Below, piece by piece: positions 51,580 to 61,717 of a stretch of DNA of 64,000 nucleotides (its first letter is position 1; every line of letters begins with the position of its first letter). The notes under the pieces were generated by a model, which saw only the letters and a program-made list of their open reading frames with translations, was not told where the DNA came from and searched no databases. Source of the DNA: Leptogorgia sarmentosa (Eukaryota); NCBI GenBank assembly GCA_964658305.1, contig OZ210885.1:21886001-21950000 (forward strand), in the 5' to 3' direction. The position numbers were made by a program, and so were the translations under genes.

Positions 51580-54500
51580 ATGGCGGAAAGTCAGCAAAGT
51601 GGTGAATCGCAAAAGTCTAAAATACCGCGTTACATAAGGTCTAAAGGCCAAATCCCTACGGCAAGTATTGCCTACAGGCAAACGTTACAGCGTGTTTCTC
51701 AGATAAAGCAACAGGTTGTGAAGGGTCAGGAAACCGTGAAGAAATTGAAAGAAGATTTGCAAGAGAAGAGAGACACATTGAGAAACAAGTTGTCTACGTC
51801 TTCAGAGCAGCACGTTCTAAAAGATGTGGCGAAAATTAGTTCAACGTCACCTGTACAACCTGTGAGGAAAGTTATATATACTCCAGGAGGAACAAAGCGA
51901 AAAGGTATCTATTCAATTTCAATTTCATGTATTAATAAATTTACTTTCTCTGACTCTGAGGATGGTTCTAAATTCTGATTAATTAAATACAATAATATTA
52001 CCTAATACCATGACATCAGGGAATTTAGTGATTAAATGTCCCCTCGGCCTTGAGAGGTTTGTGGAGTTCCCTTGTCATCATTTATATTGTAATTCTTGAG
52101 GACTCGGGACATTTAATCACTAATTTTCCTCATGTCATGGTTACTTATAAATTAAATATATCACTTAAAGACCATGCAATCAAATCTGGAGTTTTTAGTA
52201 ATATTATGTTGTATTATTTATTGTATTATTGTAGTTAGACCAAGCCATGTGCAATTTAAGTTGGAGTTGAAAGAGATCCTTGTTAACACAATATGTAAGA
52301 AGCAAGATGAAATTCTTATGGTGGATGACTTGATCAATATACTCCAGGACAAATTTCCTGGTCAAGTTTCTGGATTTGGACGATCCAATGTTTTAACAGC
52401 TATTTCCAAGTTATATGGAAAGCAAGTAGAGTATATGGGGAAGAAGAAAATGTAAGTTTGTGATACAAACTTTTTATTTTATTTTTATTTATTTATTTAA
52501 CAAACACACACAGTCACAGAACAGCATACAGTAATGTGTCCAGATGGACCAGTCTTTTTTTCTAGTCTTTTTGTGTATGCATACTCATGTATTCTTTACT
52601 TCCTTTCGTGTCTCTAGAGCTTATTATAGAGGACTTGCTTTGATTGAAAATGAAATCCCGGCTCCAACTATGGATCCCGTCACAGGTAATATATTTCATT
52701 TTTATCCTAAGTTAAATTATGTAAATATAAAGTGAAAAATTGGCTAGCACTAGAGAATGAAGCATGAATGTGGTACAGTACATCGCATGCAGAGCTGACT
52801 ATATGCCAACAAATTAATATTTATTTTGTGACAATTACTGTAAACCCTAGTGACTAACATAGCATTTTGCAGTATGATATCATATGACTAATACCAAACT
52901 TCTATTTTAGAAGAACCAAGTTCAAGCCCCATTAGCCAGCCAAAAAGTAAAGCTAGAAAAGGTATAATACGGTACCATAGTCTAACATTACATGTATGTC
53001 CTTTGTCTAACCATGTCACAATATTTGGATTCTAACACATATTTTACTTCTGCTCTTTAGTTCTAGACTTTGGAGATAGTATGGCAGATGATTTTCCAAG
53101 TAATTTTGGTGCATCAAGTTCATCAGAAAAACCATCACAAGGGGATGATGTTATTGTTGGTCAATCAGGTACAATAATGTCTTTGGTATTATGGAATAAT
53201 TGTACAAGGAAATTAATGGTTTGAGAAGAATTAATAAAAAGTCCTATGTGACTGTGTTTGGAAAACTGTACCATGAGTGTGAAGCACTATAGTGTTATTA
53301 TAAATATTGATAAAAACTCTTTAACAAACCTAGTGCTTTTACTATCATTATAGAGCCCTTTGATATGCAGGAGTTATACTCATGTCTTGGAGATGTGACA
53401 GAAGCTGAAACAAAATTAAGGCAACAAGGAAATGATAAGGACTTGAAAACAAGTTTCATTGGATATGACAGTTGTGTTCAGCGAATTATTGCAGAACTAG
53501 AAAATGTTGTAGGCTTGCAAGACAAAATTGTTTCGACCGGAGGATTACTTGGTGGTCTGTTATCAGTATCTGAAAGGAATTCCATCAGAGATGAAGTTGT
53601 TAAAGCCAAGAACATTTTTAATCTGCATGTGCGCGATGACAATGCTTCTAATGACCTTCGGTGCATATTTGATCCAATGCTTTTTCAAAATTTGGTGATT
53701 GCCATAACAACAGCTTGCCCAACCATAACAAACATCCTAGAACAACAGGTTCTCACATCAAACACAGGAAGAAATGTTATAAAAACTGAAACAATGAAAA
53801 TGAAAGCTGCTGTTCATTTACTTGCATCACTCTTGGATATCAGAGACCAGCATGCTAGAAATGACATTCCGATCCTATTTGGTTTATTGTGCATTTGCTA
53901 TGGTGCAGGTCCAGCAGTCATCAGAGTGCTTCAACGTCTGGGCTTGACAGAATCATTCCCAACCCTGTATGTTAACCATTCAACAGTGATGTATTAATAA
54001 GCATTATGTGTGTATGTCTGTCTCATACTGTACAGTAACAGCTACTGTATAGTATCAAAATTAACAGTATAAATTTATCAAGTACATATTTTTTTTATAA
54101 TTTATAGAATCACGGTCTTACAAAATCAGTTGAGCAACTACAAGAAGATATTGTGCCAGCGTGTGAGTAATGACAATCCTGTCATTATGTACCAGGATAA
54201 TATGCAGATGTCTCGCACTTCCCTAAGACATTTGCGATTGTCAAAACTTGAAAAGGAAAAAATGAAACAGGAGAAAATGTGGGATTTCACTGTCAGAGGG
54301 TGGCATGTAGCAGACATTACTGGCATTGAATCACACTTTCAAGATGAAAAGTTGGCAGCAAAGCCCCAAAAAGAAGTAACCAAGTTAAAGTATGAAGATA
54401 CAAAGATTGGTAAGTAAAGTTTGCATTCATAATTATACTGTTGGTACTGTTGTATGTTGATTTTAATTTTTTATTTAAAGGTATTATGGATAATGATTAA

Positions 54501-55605
54501 AAGAACATGTAGTACTGTATTTGTAACCATCATGTCCAGCCAAAATTTAAATAAATAAATAAATGTACATATATATTAGTCAGTTCATCTATCAAAATAC
54601 TGTAAATACAATTACATGCTCTGAAGTTTTGAACAAAGTTCTTCATCACCGCAATTAAGGTTTGCAATGAAGTTTTGACATCCTGGTTCAACACTTTTAT
54701 GAATATAGAATATTATAAATGGCAAATAAAGTTAGGATGGATGGGCATGAACAAATAATAATAATACATACTAAGTCCTCCCCTCTTAGGATATACACAC
54801 TCCTAGTTTAGTCCCTCAATCATCACGTTTCCGACCTTGGTCGCTCTGAAGGAGGGTCTTTCGCTCGAAATATCAGCAACTCTAATACATTTTAGCAGTT
54901 CACCACGATTTCATTTTTGGCTGTTCACTTCACATCTGTACTTCCCACTCTCTATGTAGCACAACAACTATCGCTCGAAATGTCAGCAATCTAAACACAT
55001 TTGGCATTTGGTTAGAAAACAACCCTGAGCAAAACGAGAAGTGGGATAATTTTAAGAAAAGAAACCATCTACGAAAGCTAGACCTGGTATTGAATTGCAT
55101 CTCAAAATCAGAAGATGAAATCAGAGGCCTAAGTAATGCTGATTTTAAGAAACTTGCCGTTGAAGTAGAGGAGAAACAGCGATTGCCTATGGAAAAGAGG
55201 ACATACAAAATTCACATACCATCAGTTGAAGTGGATTTTCCTGAATTGGCAGAGAAGAAAACGCCTATTTACCCTCTACCTATTTCCCACGAAAACCAAT
55301 GCAGCTCTGCCGGCATGGCAAGTAATCTGGACAGATTTACTGAAGAATTCAGTTTCACAGCTAAGCGAGACCCTAAGTACTTGCCTATAAATAAATCAGG
55401 TAAAGAATTTGCACTCGAGAAGGCATATGAACGTTATGCGTTCATGAAAACTCTGGAACACCACAAAAACCAACAGTCTGCGTACGAGAAGATATTACGT
55501 CGAACACCAGAAGACGAAAATTTAGGGGGAGAAGAGCAACCAGCCGATGAGATAGTTGTCTTTGTAGAGGAGGATACGTCGCTTTCTGACAGTGATGAAG
55601 ATTGA
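51580..55605 (+). CDS. AcademH transposase, N-terminal multi-exon part
   Basis: Approximate exons 51580-51904, 52239-52451, 52619-52685, 52911-52972, 53061-53168, 53354-53966, 54108-54409 and 55016-55605, with GT-AG edges. Motifs RVLQRLGLTESF, IMYQDNMQM (first D) and YPLPISHENQCSSAGM. Ends in an acidic tract and TGA. Confidence 0.75.
52007..52141. mobile_element. Small fold-back MITE in intron 1
   Basis: Inverted arms of about 36 bp: accatgacat..tagtgattaaatgtccc and gggacatttaatcacta..atgtcatggt. Confidence 0.8.
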
Positions 55606-57321
55606 CATGTGTGCAACAGGACTTTGTTATAGACTCAATATTTTGTGAAAGATACATTATAGTCATTATCAGTGACATTATAAACTAAGGTATTATTTTC
55701 GTTGGTATTTTCGTAGGTATATTACTTAATGTAAGAAGGTACAAAGATAACATTTAGGGGGTTGCAGTTATATATTGGAATTGCCTTCTCCACTTTAGAA
55801 TAGCTTATACTTGTATGAAAAAGGCTAATAGCACCATTTTTATCATCCACAAACTTTTCCCACTGGACATTTTATAAAATAAAGTATATGAAGAAAACAT
55901 CGAAAATCATTTTTTGCAAACACTAGTCTATCGTGTAAATAATCTTTAATGCTCCCCTCGGTGTATAGTTTCTGACTGATTACCGTTTCCGTTATTGTAA
56001 AATACACTTTGCGGTTGGTGTGTGGCCCCGTGCTATGTACTGTGGGTGAGGGGAACATTGCGTTACATTGCGTAACCGAGCCTAAGAACGGCTGCAAGAA
56101 GACTAATTCAAGATTATTCGAGTTATTGAAAACAAGATAACACAAAGTGCGGCGAAATTTCGAATGGTTCGTTGGTTTGACAATGGCTTTGCGATAATCA
56201 CCGCACTTTGTTATCTTGAATAAATGGCAAGGATCTTCCGACTTCCGACACATCTACCAATAACGGCAATCGGCGTAACGTGTCGACAGCAGTTGGGGCC
56301 TGCCGCGGAAATTCAAGACGATTTTCGGACTTAAATCAAGCCGAACTGATTGAAGTGGTGGTTAACTTTCAAAAATATACAAATAGTGTATATTGTATAT
56401 TCAACACGTTTACGCTATTGCAATCAATCAGAGAGAAGAAAGGCTAACTTATATTTTGACAAAGCACAGCTGTGTAAATGTGACCGAGGTTTTCAAAATC
56501 GGCAGCATATTTCTGAATGTGTGCACAATTTGCGAAAAACGGTGTATCAGATCAACCAAAACTCCCCAACATCCGTGGAAGAAAACGTAATTTGTAATTA
56601 GGGTCATTTATACGCGGAGGGAAATACTCGCGACCTCCGTATGACGCGAAAACACTCGTGGGCATATGGAACAGTATTATTTTATATACTGCCATATTCA
56701 TCATACTCAGACTTAGAAACAGTACGTCAACTTATATTTGTTCCCTTGAGAGTACTCGAAATATGAGCAAGCCGTTCAAAAAATATTCCATACAACTTGT
56801 TTTTTTAAAAACCAGTGCAAACATTGCATCAATTTGTTTTTCTTAAATATAGTTTTCTTCTGTTGTATAAAAGTTATTTGAGTGCAATTGCTTCATTCGT
56901 GTCAAGGTTATTCAGAGTACTTTTTTTACTTTGGCTTCATTTCTATAAAGCGTTTCTATGTTTAAAGTTGCTGACGTTTCGAGCGAAAGCCCTACATCAT
57001 TCTTCAAACAACTATCATCAATAGCTTTCTTTTGAAATGCTGCACGTCTGGTTAGAAGCCGTCACTACAAACAAAAAACGCGCATTTTCGGTTCGAGGGT
57101 GATAAGCAAAGCCAAAGGGAAAACCAATAACACGCCGCACACTCATCATCAGCGCGTATTCCGCGACCTCACCTAGTACTTAACAGACGCAAGTTTTATG
57201 TATGAGAGTCAACATTTATATAACAACGCGATGTAACTGCTGGCGGAGGAAACATAGAATATGTATGGATAACATAAACCGCAGTTCCAACTCAATCTCC
57301 GACATGTAAGTGATTATTTAA

Positions 57322-59019
57322 ATGACTATGAACAACCTGGACTGGCCGCAACTAATCGCAAAGATTGGTTTGAAAGAAGCAAACACAGAACTGGATAATC
57401 GCTTCAACCATATATTTGCGACTCTGAGAGATTTGGTATCAGCATGCGCAAGTGATGCTTATCTTTCTGAACGTATAACTGCTTTAAAAGGCCAATGGTT
57501 ACCAGCTCGTGACCAATACGAACGATCAGTGCTACATGTGGCATCGTTAAATGGGAACACAAGACTCGTTCGCTGCCTAATATTCTCTGGATGTCCGATT
57601 AACATTAGAGATGAGATAGACCAAACTGCACTTACCCTTGCCCTTCACGGGGGACACACACCGACCGCAAAGTGTATTTTAGACAACGGTGCATCAGTCA
57701 GAGACTGTTTTTTCGAAAACACCGTATCACCTCTTCAAATCGCAAAAACGCAAAATAATTCTGTTATGATGGATTTAATTGAAAACAAAATTACCGAGGA
57801 AGAGAGTATAGTCAACCATGTGGGTTCCTATTTCCAAACAGACAACAATATGGAATCGGTCACAGAAAACCGGGATGTAGAGGGCAATAAGAACTATGCG
57901 CGAGCAGTGAACATAAATGTTGGTGACCAAAAAAACACAGCCTTATTGCAAGGTTGTTCTAGTCGTTGTCCTGACGTATATGGTTGTCATACTCCTGGTG
58001 GTGGGGACTTCCACAATCGGGGATATCTCAATGAATGCATTGCGAGAATTGCCGGGCAAGGTGGTTTTTGGCATGTCCTTGAAAAAGTTTTGAAAAGGCC
58101 AACGGTCAACCAAGCGTCCTTCAAGATGAAATTCAAGGACAACAATTACAATAACAACGATGAAGCTCTCTATGATTACGACGATGGTTTATCCATATCA
58201 ATGATAAAGGCCTACCAGAATTCAACCTTTTTCCCAACGTCTGAGGAGTTAGACAAATGTCTTGGAGAAACTGGATCCCACAACGAAATCCTTTTGGAAC
58301 GAATGGCAGAATGGCAATGTCAAAATGAAGCTACAGACGCAGTGTTTAGGTACCATTCGCAAACTGTGAATAACCTTATGCCCTTAACCCGATGGTACAA
58401 GGAATCTGTTCGATATGGAAATGGAATAGCCTTAGAGGGAGTGTGGATGTTACTACCGGGCCTTTATTCTCAAATGGGCAAAACAAATTATCGCGACGAG
58501 GCGTTTACCCATACCGTGAATACAATTGCCAACTGGCAGTTGGCGTATAGATCCATGTACCGAAGAAATCGCACGGTAAATTTGGATGGAAGAGAGGGAA
58601 GACAACTGGCAGGAGACGAATGGGTTGAAGATTTCCTGGTTCGACCTGTTAAGCAGTTTTCGTATGCGCAGAGTTCATTTCGAATGGTCGAGTTGATGTC
58701 CTGCAGCATCAACTTGTTGGAACTGAACAGAAACCTATACAAAGGCAGAGAAGGTTTCGATATTCACAACACACGGAAACACAAGAAACCTCCGTCATTC
58801 CTCGACCAGTTAAAAGTAGCACAGTTTGCTACTAAGGAAGGATGGTTTGCTTCAAGAAATAGAAGTGAAGTGCTGAAGTATGAATGGGGTGGCAAAAAAG
58901 TTAAAGAAGGAGAGGAAGTGCAGAGCAAATATCTGGATGCGTTGTCAAAGGGAGAAAAAAAAGTTAGTGAAGAATTTGAGCCATTCCTTCACCGCAAATT
59001 TCCCAACGAGATGATGTGA
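57322..59019 (+). CDS. AcademH transposase C-terminal part with about 3 ankyrin repeats
   Basis: Open 565-aa ORF. Ankyrin repeats at 57508-57783 (RSVLHVASLNGNTRLVRCLI..G..IN; QTALTLALHGGH..AKCILDNGA; SPLQIA). Then NVGDQK, GDFH, TNYRDEAF and RTVNLDGREGRQLAGDEWVE (Academ/DUF6589-like motifs). Confidence 0.85.
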   Translation: MTMNNLDWPQLIAKIGLKEANTELDNRFNHIFATLRDLVSACASDAYLSERITALKGQWLPARDQYERSVLHVASLNGNTRLVRCLIFSGCPINIRDEIDQTALTLALHGGHTPTAKCILDNGASVRDCFFENTVSPLQIAKTQNNSVMMDLIENKITEEESIVNHVGSYFQTDNNMESVTENRDVEGNKNYARAVNINVGDQKNTALLQGCSSRCPDVYGCHTPGGGDFHNRGYLNECIARIAGQGGFWHVLEKVLKRPTVNQASFKMKFKDNNYNNNDEALYDYDDGLSISMIKAYQNSTFFPTSEELDKCLGETGSHNEILLERMAEWQCQNEATDAVFRYHSQTVNNLMPLTRWYKESVRYGNGIALEGVWMLLPGLYSQMGKTNYRDEAFTHTVNTIANWQLAYRSMYRRNRTVNLDGREGRQLAGDEWVEDFLVRPVKQFSYAQSSFRMVELMSCSINLLELNRNLYKGREGFDIHNTRKHKKPPSFLDQLKVAQFATKEGWFASRNRSEVLKYEWGGKKVKEGEEVQSKYLDALSKGEKKVSEEFEPFLHRKFPNEMM

Positions 59020-59250
59020 AATCTGTAGTTTCTGGCAACTGGATGGCCTAAACATTGACCAAACTTTAAATACAAACAATATCTCTTACATTTAAATTTG
59101 TCACATTCTTTTTTTACATATTTCAAATACTGTAGTGTAAAATAAGTTCATGTACAATTCCTTGCAGTTGTTAATTTGTATGTATTACTATTTAAAATAA
59201 TAGACTCAAGCACAAAGAACATGTGAAGAAGGCAAATTTAATGTAACGTT

Positions 59251-59490
59251 TATGCACCAATCAAATTGAATGTGTAACATTCCCCCGGCACATATGTACC
59301 CGGCCATTCAATTTTTAAAATATTTGTCTGTGAAATCCTAACTATTGGGTTAAAACTATTGTTCAAATGCCCTACATCTCAAGTCTAATCCTTGCACAAA
59401 TACCCCACCATGAGTTTTACTTTTTCAACATTCTCAAATGCCAGACCCTTGCCCAGGGGGATGTTACACATACAATTTGATTGGCACATT
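59251..59490. mobile_element. MITE between the convergent genes, followed by (TA)n at 59517-59564
   Basis: Imperfect TIRs atgcaccaatcaaattg.atgtgtaacattcccc and ggggatgttacacatacaatttgattggcacat. Confidence 0.75.
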
Positions 59491-59512
59491 ATACCCATAA
59501 GTGTCATAATAC

Positions 59513-59567
<55 letters not shown>

Positions 59568-59746
59568 AATTCAAATGTCAATTAAAATCTATGTACACTG
59601 AATAGCTAAAAAGTGAGTTTTCATAGCTGGAAAAATGAAATGCACAACAGAAACATGGTCATGCACACTAGCAGGCTAATAGTTCATCTTCATTCACATA
59701 TATTAGATAGTCAAAGAAGATTTTATGAATGAAATCTGTTCATAAG

Positions 59747-61717
59747 TCATTTCTTTTCATACCTTGTGACACTCATTTTAAGTGCAATTAGATCATGTGC
59801 ATTTGGACCAAGAATGAGCTTGAGATATGAGTTTCTTCCCTTGTCTTGAGCAACTTCCGCTAATACACCATGTATTAAAAGAGAATGCAAAAATTTCCCA
59901 ATGAGCTGAATGGTCGAGAACCTCTTTTTAAGAGTTCCAAAGTTTATTAGGGTATCCAACTCTTGCTCCAAAATGCATTTTTGTCTACTTCCTACAAGGA
60001 ACAGCTTTAACGTGTTCAGTGTCTCTGTGATCTTTTGGCCTGTTAATTCCACCATGGCATGTACCACCTTAAGAACATCTGCTGTACCATCTGTGAGGTA
60101 GTAATTCCCAGGATGTAGACAGTTGTCACAGCTGATACCACAAACAAAATTTGTTTTGTTTTCACCAAAATACAACATGAGACATTTATGTCTGCATTCA
60201 ACTGGGTTTTCCAGAAAGTGTACAAGTTCGTTAAGCATTACCATCTGATTGCTGACACTTGCATTATCTTGCTTCTTAAACAATTTAAATAGATTGTTCT
60301 TATCTGCATATTTGTAAAATAAAATGCAAATTGCAGGTAGGCCATCGCGCCCAGCCCGTCCACACTGTTGGTAATATTCATCGATACTGGTGGGTACATG
60401 TGCATGGATGATGAATCTCACATCTTTCTTATCAATCCCCATGCCAAATGAAGAATTGGCAACAATAATTTTTGCTTCTCCACTCATCCATTTGGAGTAG
60501 CTAGATGCTCTCACCTCTGCTGACAACTGCCCATGGTATTTGACACATTCAAAACCACGTTTTACAAGTTCGGCATGTATATTTGCAACATCATTTGGCA
60601 TGACACAATAAATTATGCCACAATTGTTTTTGTGCTCTTTCAATAAAAGTTCCATTTCATCAAAAAATGTTTTTGTGCGCTCTTTAACATTAAGTTGCAA
60701 ATTGTCTCTGAAAATTGAAGACCTTAAAACTGTTAGGTTGTCAAAAATAATCTTGATCTCTGTTTCCAATTTTGCAGGCACAGTTGCACTTAGCAACAAC
60801 TTTGGGCAGCGAAGAGCTGATAGTTTTTCGCATATATACTTGTATACTGGACGAAATGTGTTACCCCAGTTCACAATTGTGTGAGCTTCGTCGAACACAA
60901 TTCTTTCAAGTTGTCCTTCATCTGACAAGGACACGACTCTACCAATAAGCCTTTCTTCTTTAAGCATTTCGGGTGTCACCAACACTACTTTAAAATGTTC
61001 GAAGTTCTGTAACTGAGCCTCTCGCTGGTGGTTTGGCAGATCTCCGGTGAACTTACACGCTGAAATACTCAATTCCTGGCATCTGCTGAGTGTGTCATCA
61101 ATAAGGGACTTAACTGGCGAGACCACCAAAGTTGGCTTCGTGGAAAGGACAGCAGGTAGAAGATAAGTCAGTGACTTTCCACCACCAGTTCCAACAACTG
61201 TCATGACATCTTTTTTTAACATTGTCAATTCTATCGTCCCTCTTTGCAATGGCCGGAACGAAGAGAAACCAAAGTAATGCGTTAGTGTGTTGTCAATAAG
61301 TTCGCCTGTCTCAAGGTCTATATTTGAGTTCACTGTTGACCCCACATCACTGACAAATTCGGTTGTGAAATCCTGTAGCGAGGGTTCCCACTTTTTCTCG
61401 ACATAGTTGAGCTCAACTTGAGGATTTTCGTCGCCTTCAAGAGCGCGTATAAGAGCGCGTATATCGTAAACGTACCTATCTTGGGAGACTGTGTCGACAA
61501 CGTGTACTGTGTCTGCAGCGGTGCTGTCAAGACATCCACTTTCCTTCGCACAGAATGCAAATTTGTTTGCCGCCTCAAAAGCCGAACTTGCTGTCACAAC
61601 TGTTTCGGACTGGTTAGCTTTTATTGTATATTCTTTAGTTGCATCAACCCGAAAAGGTGGAACACTTTTTAGTTTAACAAGATCAACAGAACACGCCATG
61701 CGTGCTTTTGCTATCAC
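59747..61717 (-). CDS. RecQ-family SF2 DNA helicase of AcademH, intact and intronless
   Basis: FGFSSFRPLQ, GTGGGKSLTY, SPVKSLI, FDEAH..WG..FRP, SAT, GIIYC, YHGQL, FGMGIDK, YYQQCGRAGRDG, RQC Zn motif CRH..YFGE..CGISCDNC and a winged-helix-sized C-terminus. Confidence 0.95.
   Translation of the reverse strand: MIAKARMACSVDLVKLKSVPPFRVDATKEYTIKANQSETVVTASSAFEAANKFAFCAKESGCLDSTAADTVHVVDTVSQDRYVYDIRALIRALEGDENPQVELNYVEKKWEPSLQDFTTEFVSDVGSTVNSNIDLETGELIDNTLTHYFGFSSFRPLQRGTIELTMLKKDVMTVVGTGGGKSLTYLLPAVLSTKPTLVVSPVKSLIDDTLSRCQELSISACKFTGDLPNHQREAQLQNFEHFKVVLVTPEMLKEERLIGRVVSLSDEGQLERIVFDEAHTIVNWGNTFRPVYKYICEKLSALRCPKLLLSATVPAKLETEIKIIFDNLTVLRSSIFRDNLQLNVKERTKTFFDEMELLLKEHKNNCGIIYCVMPNDVANIHAELVKRGFECVKYHGQLSAEVRASSYSKWMSGEAKIIVANSSFGMGIDKKDVRFIIHAHVPTSIDEYYQQCGRAGRDGLPAICILFYKYADKNNLFKLFKKQDNASVSNQMVMLNELVHFLENPVECRHKCLMLYFGENKTNFVCGISCDNCLHPGNYYLTDGTADVLKVVHAMVELTGQKITETLNTLKLFLVGSRQKCILEQELDTLINFGTLKKRFSTIQLIGKFLHSLLIHGVLAEVAQDKGRNSYLKLILGPNAHDLIALKMSVTRYEKK

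Noticed and set aside
57237..57264. tgctggcggaggaaacatagaatatgta as the missing right TIR and TSD for the 5124 terminus
   Set aside because: It has about 6 differences in 28 nt and lies inside the intact AcademH, which is incompatible with that nesting; probably chance.
59747..61717. Host RECQL/BLM/WRN gene
   Set aside because: It lies between TIRs with a TSD next to a transposase, and a decayed paralogue is in the same window. No gene symbol assigned.
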